64,000 nt of DNA, taken from an uncultured Gammaproteobacteria bacterium. GTDB taxonomy: Bacteria > Patescibacteriota > Patescibacteriia > Magasanikbacterales > GWA2-37-8. Positions 29,157-39,399 of the stretch are shown one piece after another (the stretch's first letter is position 1; each line of letters opens with the position of its first letter). The notes below the pieces were generated by a model. It searched no databases, was not told where the DNA came from, and was given only the letters and a program-made list of their open reading frames with translations. The position numbers were made by a program, and so were the translations under genes. The stretch covers positions 5,418 through 69,417 of the forward strand of contig CAZXML010000004.1 in NCBI GenBank assembly GCA_964641245.1, written 5' to 3'.

Positions 29157-30918
29157 TGTCTTCTATTGTCAGTTGCAGTTCTCTATTTCCATTCCACTCG
29201 TTCACTCCGATAGAATAAACCATATCTATTTTATCTCCGGGTTTTAGGCATTCTTTCCAATTTTCGGAACAGCGGTTTACATCGCCCAGGCCAAAGCCAA
29301 TAGTTTTTTTAATTAATTGGGAATTGTGTTTCACCATTAGGCGCAAATGTTTGCCGTCCTGGCCCACGGGTTCTATGGCGGTAACGGTTAGTGAGCGGGA
29401 AACATATTTTGGTTCTTCGTTGGCTTGGCCGAAGGGTTCAAATTTTTGTAGTAAGTCGTAAAATTTCCAGTTCACTTCGTCCAGTTCCACTTCCGCGTCT
29501 ATGTTAATTTGCGGAACTAAATCTATGGTGGCAGTTTGCTCCGCGGCCTTGGCGATTAGTTTGGTTTTAAATTCTTCCAATTTGTCTTTGGTTTTTAAAG
29601 TAAAACCGCAGGCTTGCGGGTGGCCGCCGAATTTGTAAAATACTTCCGGCATGGCTTGCATGGCGCCGATTAAACTGAATTCTTTTATACTTCGGCCGGA
29701 ACCGTTTATTTCATTGGCAGTTTCTCCCATTACAATGGACGGTTTGTAGTAGTCATCTTTTAATTTTCCGGAAATTAATCCCAAAATGCCGGTGGGCCAG
29801 TCTTTGCCCAGCACAAATAAAACCGGATTATTTTCCTGGTTGGTTTCTTTTATCTGTTTGCGCGCTTCGTTTACGTATTGTTCAGTAAGTTTTCGGCGGT
29901 CAACATTATTTTGGTCCAGTTGCGCGGCTAAACTGGTGGCTTCTTTTTCGTCTGTGGCCATCAGTAACGCGTAAGCGGTGTTGGCATGATCCATGCGTCC
30001 GGCGGCGTTTAGACGGGGAACAATTTGAAAACTCATGGTATAAGAATCATAAGCCCCATGTTTCGGCTGTCCTTTTTCGTCGGTTAGGCCGGCTACGGCG
30101 AAAAGTTTTTTTAAACCAATATTTCTGGTTTTGTTGATTACGGTTAATCCGTATTTGGTAATAGTGCGCGATTCGCCAACCAACGGCACCATATCGCCGA
30201 TAGAAGCAATGGCCGCCAGATCCAGCATCCATTTTTCAAATCCCTCAAAGGTTTGTCCGTCCGGTAGAGCGTTGTGTGAACGGCCGTATTTTTTTAAAAG
30301 TCCCTGCACCAATTTAAAAGCTACGGCTCCGCCGCATAATCCTTTATCTGGATACGGTTCGCCCTTCACCAGCGGGTGAATAATGGCATTGGCCTTGGGC
30401 AGTTTGGCCGGTACGGTATGATGGTCGGTCACGATTACTTTCATTTTATATTTTCTGGCCAAAGCAATTTCCGGCGCGTTGCTTACTCCGCAATCGCAGG
30501 TAATTATTAAATCTGTTTTTTGCGTATGGAGAAGTTCGATGGTGCGTAAATTTAATCCATAACCGTCGGTTTCGCGGTGGGGGATAAATACATTTACATT
30601 TTTTGCTCCTAATTTCCGTAGTCCGGTAATAATAATAGCCGAGGAACAAACACCGTCCGCGTCATAATCTCCGTGCACCACAATGTTTTCCTGTTTGTCT
30701 ATTGCTTTAAAAATAATATCCGTGGCTTTTTCCATGTCTTGAAATAAAAAAGGATCATGAATATCCTGCGAATAATCCGGATTTAAAAATTCATCAATTT
30801 GCGCTTGAGTGCGCAGATTTCTATTCCACAACAATTGCGCCACCGCCACAGGCAGTTCCGGATGAGAGCCGGTGAATTCCGGCGGTGGCAAGGGTAAAAC
30901 ATTCCACTTCTTAGGCAT
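29140..30918 (-). CDS. recJ: Single-stranded-DNA exonuclease RecJ
   Basis: GDYDADG, TCDCG, TDHH, PRLNAAGR, GSGRS, GGH and EPFGQAN motifs. Confidence 0.96.
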   Translation of the reverse strand: MPKKWNVLPLPPPEFTGSHPELPVAVAQLLWNRNLRTQAQIDEFLNPDYSQDIHDPFLFQDMEKATDIIFKAIDKQENIVVHGDYDADGVCSSAIIITGLRKLGAKNVNVFIPHRETDGYGLNLRTIELLHTQKTDLIITCDCGVSNAPEIALARKYKMKVIVTDHHTVPAKLPKANAIIHPLVKGEPYPDKGLCGGAVAFKLVQGLLKKYGRSHNALPDGQTFEGFEKWMLDLAAIASIGDMVPLVGESRTITKYGLTVINKTRNIGLKKLFAVAGLTDEKGQPKHGAYDSYTMSFQIVPRLNAAGRMDHANTAYALLMATDEKEATSLAAQLDQNNVDRRKLTEQYVNEARKQIKETNQENNPVLFVLGKDWPTGILGLISGKLKDDYYKPSIVMGETANEINGSGRSIKEFSLIGAMQAMPEVFYKFGGHPQACGFTLKTKDKLEEFKTKLIAKAAEQTATIDLVPQINIDAEVELDEVNWKFYDLLQKFEPFGQANEEPKYVSRSLTVTAIEPVGQDGKHLRLMVKHNSQLIKKTIGFGLGDVNRCSENWKECLKPGDKIDMVYSIGVNEWNGNRELQLTIEDIKKIP

Positions 30919-30925
30919 ACTAGCA

Positions 30926-31004
30926 TGTCATCCTGAATTTATTTCAGGATCTTACGGTTATATTAAAATTGCACGAGAGATTCTGAAACAAGTTCAGAAT
31001 GACA
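30926..31004. repeat. Family A palindromic element
   Basis: TGTCATCCTGAATTTATTTCAGGATCT..AGATTCTGAAACAAGTTCAGAATGACA. Confidence 0.9.
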
Positions 31005-31008
31005 AAGG

Positions 31009-31410
31009 TTATAGTTCTTTTTTGTCTCGAAAACTGTTTAACGTAATTTTTTTAAAATCCCAGTACGAATCGGCCAGGAGCAGAGTGAAGATAATAAAAA
31101 ATATATTTACCGTGGTGTATTCTTCCGCGGAAATAGGGTTGTTGAAGTTTAAAAAAAGAATAATGCCCAGCGCAATCCAATAAATTAATGTTTTGCTTGT
31201 CACGCCTCTTCTTTCCGCAATATTTATTTTACTTCTTATTTCCCAAACGTAAATAAAATACAGAAAAATTAGCGGTCCGGCTGTAAACCATTCGTAATTA
31301 TGCGGGTCTTCGCCGTAATAAGACAAGCCAAAAAAAAGCAGACCAATAATTAAAATTAAAGCAAAGAAAAGAAAGATTATATCCAGCTGGTATTTGCGGA
31401 GAACTTTCAT
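31009..31410 (-). CDS. Hypothetical membrane protein (about 4 TM)
   Basis: Hydrophobic 133-aa ORF in a minus-strand gene run. Confidence 0.7.
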   Translation of the reverse strand: MKVLRKYQLDIIFLFFALILIIGLLFFGLSYYGEDPHNYEWFTAGPLIFLYFIYVWEIRSKINIAERRGVTSKTLIYWIALGIILFLNFNNPISAEEYTTVNIFFIIFTLLLADSYWDFKKITLNSFRDKKEL

Positions 31411-31420
31411 AGGGCAGTGT

Positions 31421-31453
31421 TGAGCGCTAAGTACTAAGCGCTAAGTACTAAGT
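31421..31453. repeat. Family C heptamer array
   Basis: TGAGCGC TAAGTAC TAAGCGC TAAGTAC TAAGT. Confidence 0.7.
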
Positions 31454-31548
31454 TATTGGAGGGCGGGTAGAAAAGAAAAGACCAGCATCGCCAGAATACC
31501 CACAAAAGAAACCACAATCCAAAGTTTTTTTATGGTTTTTCGTTTCAT
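31453..31548 (-). CDS. Small membrane protein (31 aa), not in the ORF track
   Basis: MKRKTIKKLWIVVSFVGILAMLVFSFLPALQ; fills the gap in a co-oriented run. Confidence 0.6.
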   Translation of the reverse strand: MKRKTIKKLWIVVSFVGILAMLVFSFLPALQ

Positions 31549-31558
31549 AGAATGATGT

Positions 31559-32560
31559 TTATTTTTTCCGTATATTTAACAATTTATCAATTTCTTCTTC
31601 GGTGGTTGGCAGTTTGATTCCCATTTCTTCTATTTTTTTTCTTAACAAGTCGTTATGCTCTTTTTGGTTTAAGGCTTCCGTCATGTCTCCTAATGAGCCG
31701 CCAATATTCTTTGAAAAGGCGCGTATTTGATCTGTGGATAAATTAACCACTAACTTCCTGATAGCCCAGCTCATTTTGTTGTTGTCTTTGGTAACACCCC
31801 ACAGTATGACACCCATAGCGCCCTCCATCAGATCTCTGGCGTAAACATCATCATTTATAATCTCCTGCGGATTTTTAATCAACCTCCTCTGAATTTCATT
31901 GCTTGTGGGAAAGACAATAGTGTCTCTACCCAGCATCATTTTGGAAGACTGTAATTCTGTCTTCAACTTTTTATGCAGCGAGGTGTGTACAGCCCCAATA
32001 CTAATTAGCACCCGAATATTTTTTTTATTTTTTAGTTGGGGAAATTTTTGAGTCAATGTTTTTAATTTATTTTTTAGTTGATTGGCAATAAAATCTTCCC
32101 TTCTTCTTATGCTAGAGGCGAAGTCCACCGTTCCTTTTTTTAGGTTTTCCATGGCTTTATCAAAATTACCAATTTCAAAATCATCATAAGCTCCCGTTAT
32201 TTCTTTTATGGCGTCTATTGTTTCTTTGATTTCGGGATGTTCTGCGGGTAAATCCACAAAAATAATTGGTATTTTGGAGTTATAAATTAAATGCAATGGT
32301 GTTTCAAAGCCGGGATGGCCATCTATTCGTGGAGGTTCTATTTTACCTTGAGATACTGCGTTAAAACCTTGCTCATCTATATTTTCCCAGCCCACAAATT
32401 CCGGAACATAAACATCGGCATTTTTTAAAGCTTCCGGCAAACGACTAAAATCCTCGGCTGTTCCATGATATGAAAAAAAGAAATCAACCGTAATTTTTGG
32501 TTCTGTTTCTTTGCTTTCTTTATTGCTCTCTGGAGCGTGCCCGGGTTTTATTTCCGACAT
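31559..32560 (-). CDS. Hypothetical protein
   Basis: 333-aa ORF 2 nt after lepA; SYHG..PE..DLP..GAVH polar motifs, possibly an enzyme. Confidence 0.65.
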   Translation of the reverse strand: MSEIKPGHAPESNKESKETEPKITVDFFFSYHGTAEDFSRLPEALKNADVYVPEFVGWENIDEQGFNAVSQGKIEPPRIDGHPGFETPLHLIYNSKIPIIFVDLPAEHPEIKETIDAIKEITGAYDDFEIGNFDKAMENLKKGTVDFASSIRRREDFIANQLKNKLKTLTQKFPQLKNKKNIRVLISIGAVHTSLHKKLKTELQSSKMMLGRDTIVFPTSNEIQRRLIKNPQEIINDDVYARDLMEGAMGVILWGVTKDNNKMSWAIRKLVVNLSTDQIRAFSKNIGGSLGDMTEALNQKEHNDLLRKKIEEMGIKLPTTEEEIDKLLNIRKK

Positions 32561-32562
32561 AA

Positions 32563-34380
32563 CTATCTTTTTAATACGGCCAGATAAGTCTCCGGCGGAA
32601 TATCTATTTTTCCGTGAGTCAACATGCGTTTCTTGCCTTTTTTCTGTTTTTGCAATAATTTTTGTTTGCGGGTGTAATCGCCGCCGCTCATGGTGGCCAG
32701 CACATCTTTGCGCAGAGCGGATAGGCGGTCCGAGGCAATTACTTTTCCGCCAATGGTGGCTTGAATTTTTAGCACAAATTGTTGTCTAGGCAGGGATTCT
32801 TTTAGGGATTCCACTATAGTTTTGCCGGCTTTATAGGCTTGGTCTTCCCAAACCAGCGTGGAAAGAGCTTCCACCGGTTCTTCGGCTACCATTATATCCA
32901 GCCTTACCACCTTGGTTGGCTGGTAATCCATAAATTCGTAGTTCATGGACGCGTAGCCCGAGCTGACGGTTTTTAGTTTATCATAAAAATCGGTAACAAG
33001 CGAGGCAAGTGGAATTTCGTAGTGTAGCATAGCCCGCTGGTCGGTGTCCGTGCTTAAATATTCGGTATTTATATATTTTCCTTTGCGTTCGGAAACTAAG
33101 CCCATCACATTACCTGTAAAACTTTTGGGAGTAATAATATCCAGCTTCATCCACGGTTCCAAAATCTCCAGCAGATGATTGGGGTCGGGCATTTCCTGCG
33201 GACTGTGAATAGTTTTTTGTACGCCGGCTTGAGTGGTAATTTTGTAGGCCACGCTGGGTACGGTAATAATAATTTCCAAATTGTATTCGCGTTGTAATCT
33301 TTCCTGAAAAATATCCAGGTGTAATAAACCTAAAAATCCACAGCGAAAACCAAAACCCAGAGCCAAAGAATGTTCCGGTTCGTAAAAAAGGGAGGCGTCG
33401 TTTAATTTTAATTTATCTATGGCGTCGCGAAGCACCTGATAATTGTCGCCCTCTTTGGGAAAGATGCCGGCATACACCATTGGCTTTACTTCTTTATATC
33501 CGGGCAGAGCCAAAGTATGAATATCTTTTTCTTCTTCGTCTGTAAAAGTGGTAATGGTGTCGCCAACCCGGCATTCTTTGAGATCTTTTAGGCCGGTGAC
33601 AACATAACCGATTTCGCCGTTGAATAATTTAGGCGTAGATTGGAATTTCGGTTTATAATATCCCACTTCTAAAATATCCGCCGGCGTTCTGGTGCCAATT
33701 AAAAATATTTTGTCGCCTTTTTTTAATTCGCCGTCCACAATTCTTACCGATGCAATAACACCTTTGTAATCGTTATAAACAGAATCAAAAATTAAAGCGC
33801 GGGTGGGTTGGGTGCTTGTGTCCGGCGGAGGAGTCACTCTCTCAATAATCGCTTTTAAAATATCCTCCACGCCTTGCCCGGTTTTGCCCGAGGCCAGAAT
33901 GATTTCTTCCGGCTTGCATCCCAGCAAATGCAAAATTTCCGCTTTGGTTTTTTCCACATTGGCGGCCGGCATGTCTATTTTATTTATCACCGGAATAATT
34001 TTTAAATTTTGTTCAATCGCCAGATACAAATTGCCGATAGTTTGCGCCTGCACGCCCTGGCTGGCATCTACCAATAAAATAGCGCCTTCCACCGCGGCCA
34101 GAGAACGGGAAACTTCATAGTTAAAATCCACATGGCCGGGAGTGTCGATTAAATTTAGGATGTAGCTTGTAGCTTGTAGCTTGTAGTCCATGCGGACGGG
34201 CGTTAACTTAATAGTAATTCCTCTTTCCCGCTCTAAGTCCATGGAATCAAGGAGTTGATCCTGCATGTCCCGGTGCGCCACTGTGCCTGTAAATTCCAAA
34301 AGACGATCGGCCATGGTGCTTTTACCGTGGTCAATATGGGCAATGATACAGAAGTTTCGGATGTTGTTGTTGGTTGACAT
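32563..34380 (-). CDS. lepA: Elongation factor 4 (LepA)
   Basis: IAHIDHGKST, ERERGITIK, DTPGHVDF and GFRCGFLGLLH motifs. Confidence 0.98.
   Translation of the reverse strand: MSTNNNIRNFCIIAHIDHGKSTMADRLLEFTGTVAHRDMQDQLLDSMDLERERGITIKLTPVRMDYKLQATSYILNLIDTPGHVDFNYEVSRSLAAVEGAILLVDASQGVQAQTIGNLYLAIEQNLKIIPVINKIDMPAANVEKTKAEILHLLGCKPEEIILASGKTGQGVEDILKAIIERVTPPPDTSTQPTRALIFDSVYNDYKGVIASVRIVDGELKKGDKIFLIGTRTPADILEVGYYKPKFQSTPKLFNGEIGYVVTGLKDLKECRVGDTITTFTDEEEKDIHTLALPGYKEVKPMVYAGIFPKEGDNYQVLRDAIDKLKLNDASLFYEPEHSLALGFGFRCGFLGLLHLDIFQERLQREYNLEIIITVPSVAYKITTQAGVQKTIHSPQEMPDPNHLLEILEPWMKLDIITPKSFTGNVMGLVSERKGKYINTEYLSTDTDQRAMLHYEIPLASLVTDFYDKLKTVSSGYASMNYEFMDYQPTKVVRLDIMVAEEPVEALSTLVWEDQAYKAGKTIVESLKESLPRQQFVLKIQATIGGKVIASDRLSALRKDVLATMSGGDYTRKQKLLQKQKKGKKRMLTHGKIDIPPETYLAVLKR
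34161..34187 (-). repeat. Heptamer tandem repeat inside lepA
   Basis: (TGTAGCT)x3 TGTAGT on +, encoding YKLQATSY. Confidence 0.75.
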
Positions 34381-34382
34381 TT

Positions 34383-35999
34383 TTACTCGTTATTACTGAT
34401 GGGTTCCGCAGTCGGCAAATTTTTGGTTTGCAACCAGCGACGGGTTAAGCTTTCCTTTAATTGCATTAACTCCGGCACCCTCAAAAGGTAGCATATCAGC
34501 AGATAAATTGCCAGACCCAGCAGGCTGGCGATTAAGCCTTGCCCGAGGATACCAAAAAAGCGGGTTTGGTCAAAAATTGCGGCCAGTGGGTATTTGGAAA
34601 ATTGGATAACTAAAGCCATGGGAATGGCGGCCAGCATGATGCGGAAGAAGGATGACAGTATTTTTTCTCCGTCTATGCTTTTTAAATGACTGCGTAGAGC
34701 GATGGTTAAAATAAAAAAGTTTAAAATGGAGCCGATGGAAAACGCCAGAGCCAAACCGGCCACGCCCAGCGGTTTCATTAATAATAAAGCGGCGATGATG
34801 CTGAACAGTTCGGAAATTACACCGACAATAAACGGAGTTTTGGTGTTGGCCAGCGCGTAGAAGGCGCGGGCAATTACCGGAATTAATGCTTGGGCGAATA
34901 AGCTTAACGAGAACAAAGCCAAAGTGTCAGCGGTGTTTATGGTGGCAGTCCAGTCAAATTTTCCGGTTCCCAAAACCACGCGCACAATCTGCGCCCGGAG
35001 CAACATAATTATAATAGAGAAGGGGATAATTAAAAATAAAATCTGGCGGATGGTTGCGGATAGATTTTTTATAAACTCCCTCATGTTATTTTGCGATGCG
35101 GCCATAGACAGCACCGGGAAAACGGCGAGCGCGAACGGAATACCGATAATGCCGATGGGTACGGCCTGTAAATTGTTGGCAAAATGAAAAATCGCCACAC
35201 TTCCCACGGGGAGTAAAGACGCAATCATGGTGATGATGACCATATTTAATTGGCTGATAGCCAATCCCATGGTGCGCGGAATCATTAGTCTGCCAATTAG
35301 TTTAGTTTCTTTGTCGCGCCAGTTTAAGTGCCAGCGCCAGCGGTAGCCGTTGGTATAGGCGCTGTAAGTTTGTAAACTAAAATGCAGAAACGCGCCCAGC
35401 ACCACGCCCCAGGCCAAACCGGTTACGCCCCAGATTGGCACGAGTACAGTGGCGCCGATTATAATGCCGACGTTATAAAAAATCGGCGCCAGGGAATAGA
35501 GGAAAAAAGTACGCAAAGATTGTAAAACCCCGCCGATGACCATGGACAGGCCGAGCAGAATAGTGGAGCCAAACATTATTCTGGTGAAACTTATTACCAA
35601 CTCTTTGGATGCGGGGATAAAACCAGGGGCAATGAGGGGAGCGAGGGCCGGGGTGAAAATTATGCCGAGAAAACTGACTACACCCAAAGAAACAGCGGTA
35701 ATATTTAAAACATTGTTGGCCAATTTCCAGGCCGGAGATTTGTCTTCGCCGGAATTAAATAATTTTGTGAAGGCGGGAATAAAAGCCGCCGAAAGCGCGC
35801 CGATAATTAAAAGATTATAAACCAAATCCGGAATTTTAAAGGCAGCATAGTAAGCATCCATAATTGGCCCGGCGCCAAAATTATGGGCAAAAATCCGGTC
35901 GCGCAACAATCCAACTAAACGGCTAACCAAAGTAGCGCCGGAAATAATAATCGCGGCGCCAGTTATGGATTTGGATTGGCCGTTGAGAATTTTTAACAT
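34383..35999 (-). CDS. murJ: Lipid II flippase MurJ
   Basis: SRLVGLLRD..DAYYAAFKIPD and RAFYAL..TKTP motifs; many TMs. Confidence 0.95.
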   Translation of the reverse strand: MLKILNGQSKSITGAAIIISGATLVSRLVGLLRDRIFAHNFGAGPIMDAYYAAFKIPDLVYNLLIIGALSAAFIPAFTKLFNSGEDKSPAWKLANNVLNITAVSLGVVSFLGIIFTPALAPLIAPGFIPASKELVISFTRIMFGSTILLGLSMVIGGVLQSLRTFFLYSLAPIFYNVGIIIGATVLVPIWGVTGLAWGVVLGAFLHFSLQTYSAYTNGYRWRWHLNWRDKETKLIGRLMIPRTMGLAISQLNMVIITMIASLLPVGSVAIFHFANNLQAVPIGIIGIPFALAVFPVLSMAASQNNMREFIKNLSATIRQILFLIIPFSIIIMLLRAQIVRVVLGTGKFDWTATINTADTLALFSLSLFAQALIPVIARAFYALANTKTPFIVGVISELFSIIAALLLMKPLGVAGLALAFSIGSILNFFILTIALRSHLKSIDGEKILSSFFRIMLAAIPMALVIQFSKYPLAAIFDQTRFFGILGQGLIASLLGLAIYLLICYLLRVPELMQLKESLTRRWLQTKNLPTAEPISNNE

Positions 36000-36001
36000 A
36001 A

Positions 36002-36709
36002 TTACTGGTTACCAAACGGGTCTTCTTCCGGAATTGGATTTTCCAGACCAAGGTTCACCGTCAGCACCACATAATCCGTGCCCGGCTTTACAGTGTTGTC
36101 GCCTTCTACATATATAGAACCGGTAATAGTGTCTTGGCTGAATGAAAATTGCCGTACGGCCTGCCCTTCGCTTTCCACATCTATTTTATAACCTCTTTTT
36201 TGCAGTTCGGTTTTGTAATAATTTATTATAAACGTCGGCTCGGCATCAAGATTTCTCCATTCAATTTGTACAGTGTCGCGATGGTCGCTTACCGGCGTGC
36301 TGATTATTTTCCACAAATTTTTTACGGAAGCCAATTTTCCGGTGTCTTCCGCGCTTTGTTCGCTTTTATTTAAAGTAAGAAAAAGCGGAGATAAAATTAT
36401 TTTAGGAAAAAAAGCGGCAATTTCTATGCCCCGGTTTTTATATTTTCCGGAAACAAAAGTTATTTGTTCGATATTGTCTTCGTCGTAAATTGTAATATCT
36501 TTGGGGAAATTTTCGGGAATATTTTTTAATGTTTGGGGGCCGCTTCCCAAGGCCAGACGGAGAAAAATGGCAATGCCGATAAGAAACACAACCAAACAAC
36601 CGCACCCGGTAAAACAGGTGCGTTTAATAGAGGAAAATGCCGAGTATCTTTTGGTTAGTTCGCCAATTGGCGGTTCTACTATTTCAACATTGTTTATGTT
36701 GCGTCGCAT
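36002..36709 (-). CDS. Hypothetical single-TM protein
   Basis: 235-aa ORF with CFTGCGC followed by a TM. Confidence 0.65.
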   Translation of the reverse strand: MRRNINNVEIVEPPIGELTKRYSAFSSIKRTCFTGCGCLVVFLIGIAIFLRLALGSGPQTLKNIPENFPKDITIYDEDNIEQITFVSGKYKNRGIEIAAFFPKIILSPLFLTLNKSEQSAEDTGKLASVKNLWKIISTPVSDHRDTVQIEWRNLDAEPTFIINYYKTELQKRGYKIDVESEGQAVRQFSFSQDTITGSIYVEGDNTVKPGTDYVVLTVNLGLENPIPEEDPFGNQ

Positions 36710-36908
36710 ACCAGAATATTATAGCAGAAAATAACATATTTGTGAATATTGTGTATTGTTGAATTTTATTTCGTAATAAAATTCACTTCAGAGTGAGCCA
36801 CAGCGAGTGAAGGAGAGTCCTAATTATGTTTGTGAACTGTCTTGTCGCCCGCAATTGTGTGTGTTACAGTTTAGTTAGCACATTGAACAACCAACCGGGA
36901 GAAGGAAC

Positions 36909-37571
36909 ATGAATTTCGGCTTCTTTTTAATCATGATGTTTGTGGTTTTGGTGATTGCTGTCGTAGCTGTGATGAATATGAGAAAGCCCGCCTCAAAAAA
37001 AGGCGACGCAAACAATGTGGATCAATGGCTTTTCATTGAATATGCGCCCACAAAAATGAGCGGATTGGAAATCAGAGGATTTACGGCTGCGTCTTCGGTG
37101 CAAGATGAATTGCTGGTGGCGGGACGTGAGTTGCTGAAAAAACTGCCACCCGATATCGGTGCCGATCTGAAGTCTCCGGTTTCCGGTAATCTGGCGACGT
37201 TGTTTTCGCAAAGTTCCAACCCAAACAATCTTGCGCCTGATGAAGTTGTGGCTGCCGTCGCGGTGGCAGAAGCCTCGCTGGCTCTTTGGGCATTGATGTC
37301 GCGGTTTGATTGCAGAGTGAAGCCTCCTCATCCGCATCCGGTAATTTTTGATGAGAGCGCCGGCAACTTTATTGTCAGTCAAAAGTCATATAGCGTTTGC
37401 TATGTTATTGGGCGAATCAGCTTCAGCGCCGGCGTAAGCCTGGCCATGGCCACTTTCATGTGGGAAGGTATCGCGCAAATACTGAAGGAAGGCAAAGTGC
37501 CCATTCCCGGTTTGAAGGTAAATAAGGATATTCTAATCGTTTCCAAAGTCGATGTAACTGAAAAAAAGTAA
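36909..37571 (+). CDS. Hypothetical membrane-anchored protein
   Basis: 220-aa ORF, N-terminal TM, GGGAG/AAGGA RBS, terminator near 37590-37620. Confidence 0.6.
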   Translation: MNFGFFLIMMFVVLVIAVVAVMNMRKPASKKGDANNVDQWLFIEYAPTKMSGLEIRGFTAASSVQDELLVAGRELLKKLPPDIGADLKSPVSGNLATLFSQSSNPNNLAPDEVVAAVAVAEASLALWALMSRFDCRVKPPHPHPVIFDESAGNFIVSQKSYSVCYVIGRISFSAGVSLAMATFMWEGIAQILKEGKVPIPGLKVNKDILIVSKVDVTEKK

Positions 37572-37732
37572 TAACAGAGTTGTGCTACAGCGCCCGGTTC
37601 ACCCCGCGCGCTTTTTTTATTGTCCGCATCCGTCTTTTTGAAGCAAAGCTTTGCAATTACGTCGGGCTTCAAAAGAAAAAAAATTTACTTTCTTCTTTAT
37701 TCAGCCCTAGCAATTGTGGTATACTTGTTCTA

Positions 37733-37800
37733 TGTCATGCTGAATTTATTTCAGCATCTAAACGGATGGCGATAGATCCTGAAACAAGTTCAGGATGACA
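37733..37800. repeat. Family A palindromic element
   Basis: TGTCATGCTGAATTTATTTCAGCATCT..AGATCCTGAAACAAGTTCAGGATGACA, just after the TGgTATACT -10 box at 37717-37725. Confidence 0.9.
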
Positions 37801-37814
37801 ATTATAAAACATCT

Positions 37815-39170
37815 ATGCAACTTTCATTTTTCGGCGCGGCGGGAGAAGTAACCGGTTCGTGCAATATGTTCACGACCGGCGGGAAAAAGTTTTTGGTTGA
37901 CTGCGGGATGTTCCAGGGCAGTCAATTTAACGAAGACAAAAATAATGATCCGTTTGGTTTTGAACCTAAAGAAATTTCCGGAGTAATAATAACGCACGCG
38001 CATTTAGACCATGTGGGACGTTTGCCGTTGCTGGTAAAAAACGGATACGAGGGTAAATTTTTTGCCACACCTCCCACCGTAGAATTAACCGAATTAATTT
38101 TAGACGATGCTTTGCAAATCATGCTTTACAATCAGCGCCATTTTGGCAAGCCGGTTTTATATAACAGTACTGACATCGCTAAAGTTGTGGAGCGTTTTAA
38201 GGCAGTGGATTATCATCAAAAATATTCGCTTACTCCGGATGTGGCTTTTACTTTTTATGATGCCGGGCATATTTTTGGTTCGGCTTTTGTAAAAATAGAG
38301 GCCGAAGGAAAAAAAATAATTTTCTCCGGTGATATCGGCAACATTAACGTGCCAATCTTGCGCGACACCGACACCTTGCCTGGCGGCGTGGATGTTTTGG
38401 TTTGTGAATCAACTTACGGCGACCGTTTGCATGAGTCCGCTATGCAACGCCAGGAAATTTTAGAAAAATTAATTTCTACGGCTATTAGTAAAGGCGGCAC
38501 ATTAATGATCCCGTCTTTTTCTTTGGAACGGACTCAAGAATTAATTTATGATTTAAACGATTTGGTGGCGCGCAAACACAAACTTCCGCATGTGCCGATT
38601 TTTTTGGATAGTCCGCTGGCCATCAAAGCCACCAAAGTTTATTTAAAATATCCAAAATATTACGACGCCGAAGCCACGCGTTTAACCAAAAGCGGAGATG
38701 AGTTATTTAAATTTCCCGGATTGGTAATGACTGCCACAAAAGAAGAATCCAAAAAAATAAATCAGATGCCGGGAACAAAAATAATTATTGCCGGCGCGGG
38801 CATGATGAACGGCGGCCGCATTGTGCATCACGCTATGCGTTATTTATCCGACGCCAGAAATACTTTGCTCATCATCGGCTATCAGGCGCAAAATACTTTA
38901 GGCCGAAAAATTTTAGACGGACACTCGCCGGTAGAAATTATGGGAGAAAAAATTCCCGTCCACTGCCACGTCAAAGCCATCGGCGCTTTATCCGCCCACG
39001 GCGATCAAGATAAACTTTTAGATTGGATAGGCGGCGGATTGTCCGTTCCCAAACAAGTAATACTTACTCATGGCGAACCGGCCGCGTCTTCCGCCTTGGC
39101 CAAAAGATTGGTGGGGGATTTAGGAGTAAAAGCAACGCCAGCCAGTTTTGGATTAACAATTGAGGTATAA
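37815..39170 (+). CDS. MBL/beta-CASP ribonuclease
   Basis: GAAGEVTGS, THAHLDH, AGHIFG, ESTYG, SAHGD and HGE motifs. Confidence 0.92.
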   Translation: MQLSFFGAAGEVTGSCNMFTTGGKKFLVDCGMFQGSQFNEDKNNDPFGFEPKEISGVIITHAHLDHVGRLPLLVKNGYEGKFFATPPTVELTELILDDALQIMLYNQRHFGKPVLYNSTDIAKVVERFKAVDYHQKYSLTPDVAFTFYDAGHIFGSAFVKIEAEGKKIIFSGDIGNINVPILRDTDTLPGGVDVLVCESTYGDRLHESAMQRQEILEKLISTAISKGGTLMIPSFSLERTQELIYDLNDLVARKHKLPHVPIFLDSPLAIKATKVYLKYPKYYDAEATRLTKSGDELFKFPGLVMTATKEESKKINQMPGTKIIIAGAGMMNGGRIVHHAMRYLSDARNTLLIIGYQAQNTLGRKILDGHSPVEIMGEKIPVHCHVKAIGALSAHGDQDKLLDWIGGGLSVPKQVILTHGEPAASSALAKRLVGDLGVKATPASFGLTIEV

Positions 39171-39260
39171 TTAAACTAAACTTATCCACAGCCCTCGCAA
39201 GTGCGGGGGTTTTTGTTTTATATTAGCCAAATAAATCGATGTTAAAAATGGATTTAAATG

Positions 39261-39312
39261 TTGACGAGTGTTTTTAAGTGGAGTAAAATGGATACAGGTG
39301 GGAAGAAGTGGG
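39261..39312 (+). promoter_or_regulatory. mraZ promoter with MraZ-binding direct repeats
   Basis: TTGACG-17-TAAAAT; GTGGA/ATGGA/GTGGG/GTGGG at 10-bp periodicity (39278, 39288, 39298, 39308). Confidence 0.8.
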
Positions 39313-39324
39313 GACCACAGCAAA

Positions 39325-39387
39325 TGTCATGCTGAACTTGTTTCAGCATCTTTCGACGACAGATCCTGAAACAAGTTCAGGATGACA
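39325..39387. repeat. Family A element in the mraZ leader
   Basis: TGTCATGCTGAACTTGTTTCAGCATCT..AGATCCTGAAACAAGTTCAGGATGACA. Confidence 0.9.
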
Positions 39388-39399
39388 AATAAAAAATAT

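Noticed and set aside
30872-31183. Short or antisense ORFs with CHPEFISGS/CHAEFISAS-like peptides (also 37580-37798, 46424-46693, 55412-55702)
   Set aside because: They are translations of repeat elements or shadows of real genes.
36781-36820. Possible repeat remnant or small RNA (TTCACTTCAGAGTGAGCCACAGCGAGTGAA)
   Set aside because: Single weak hairpin with no second copy in the window.
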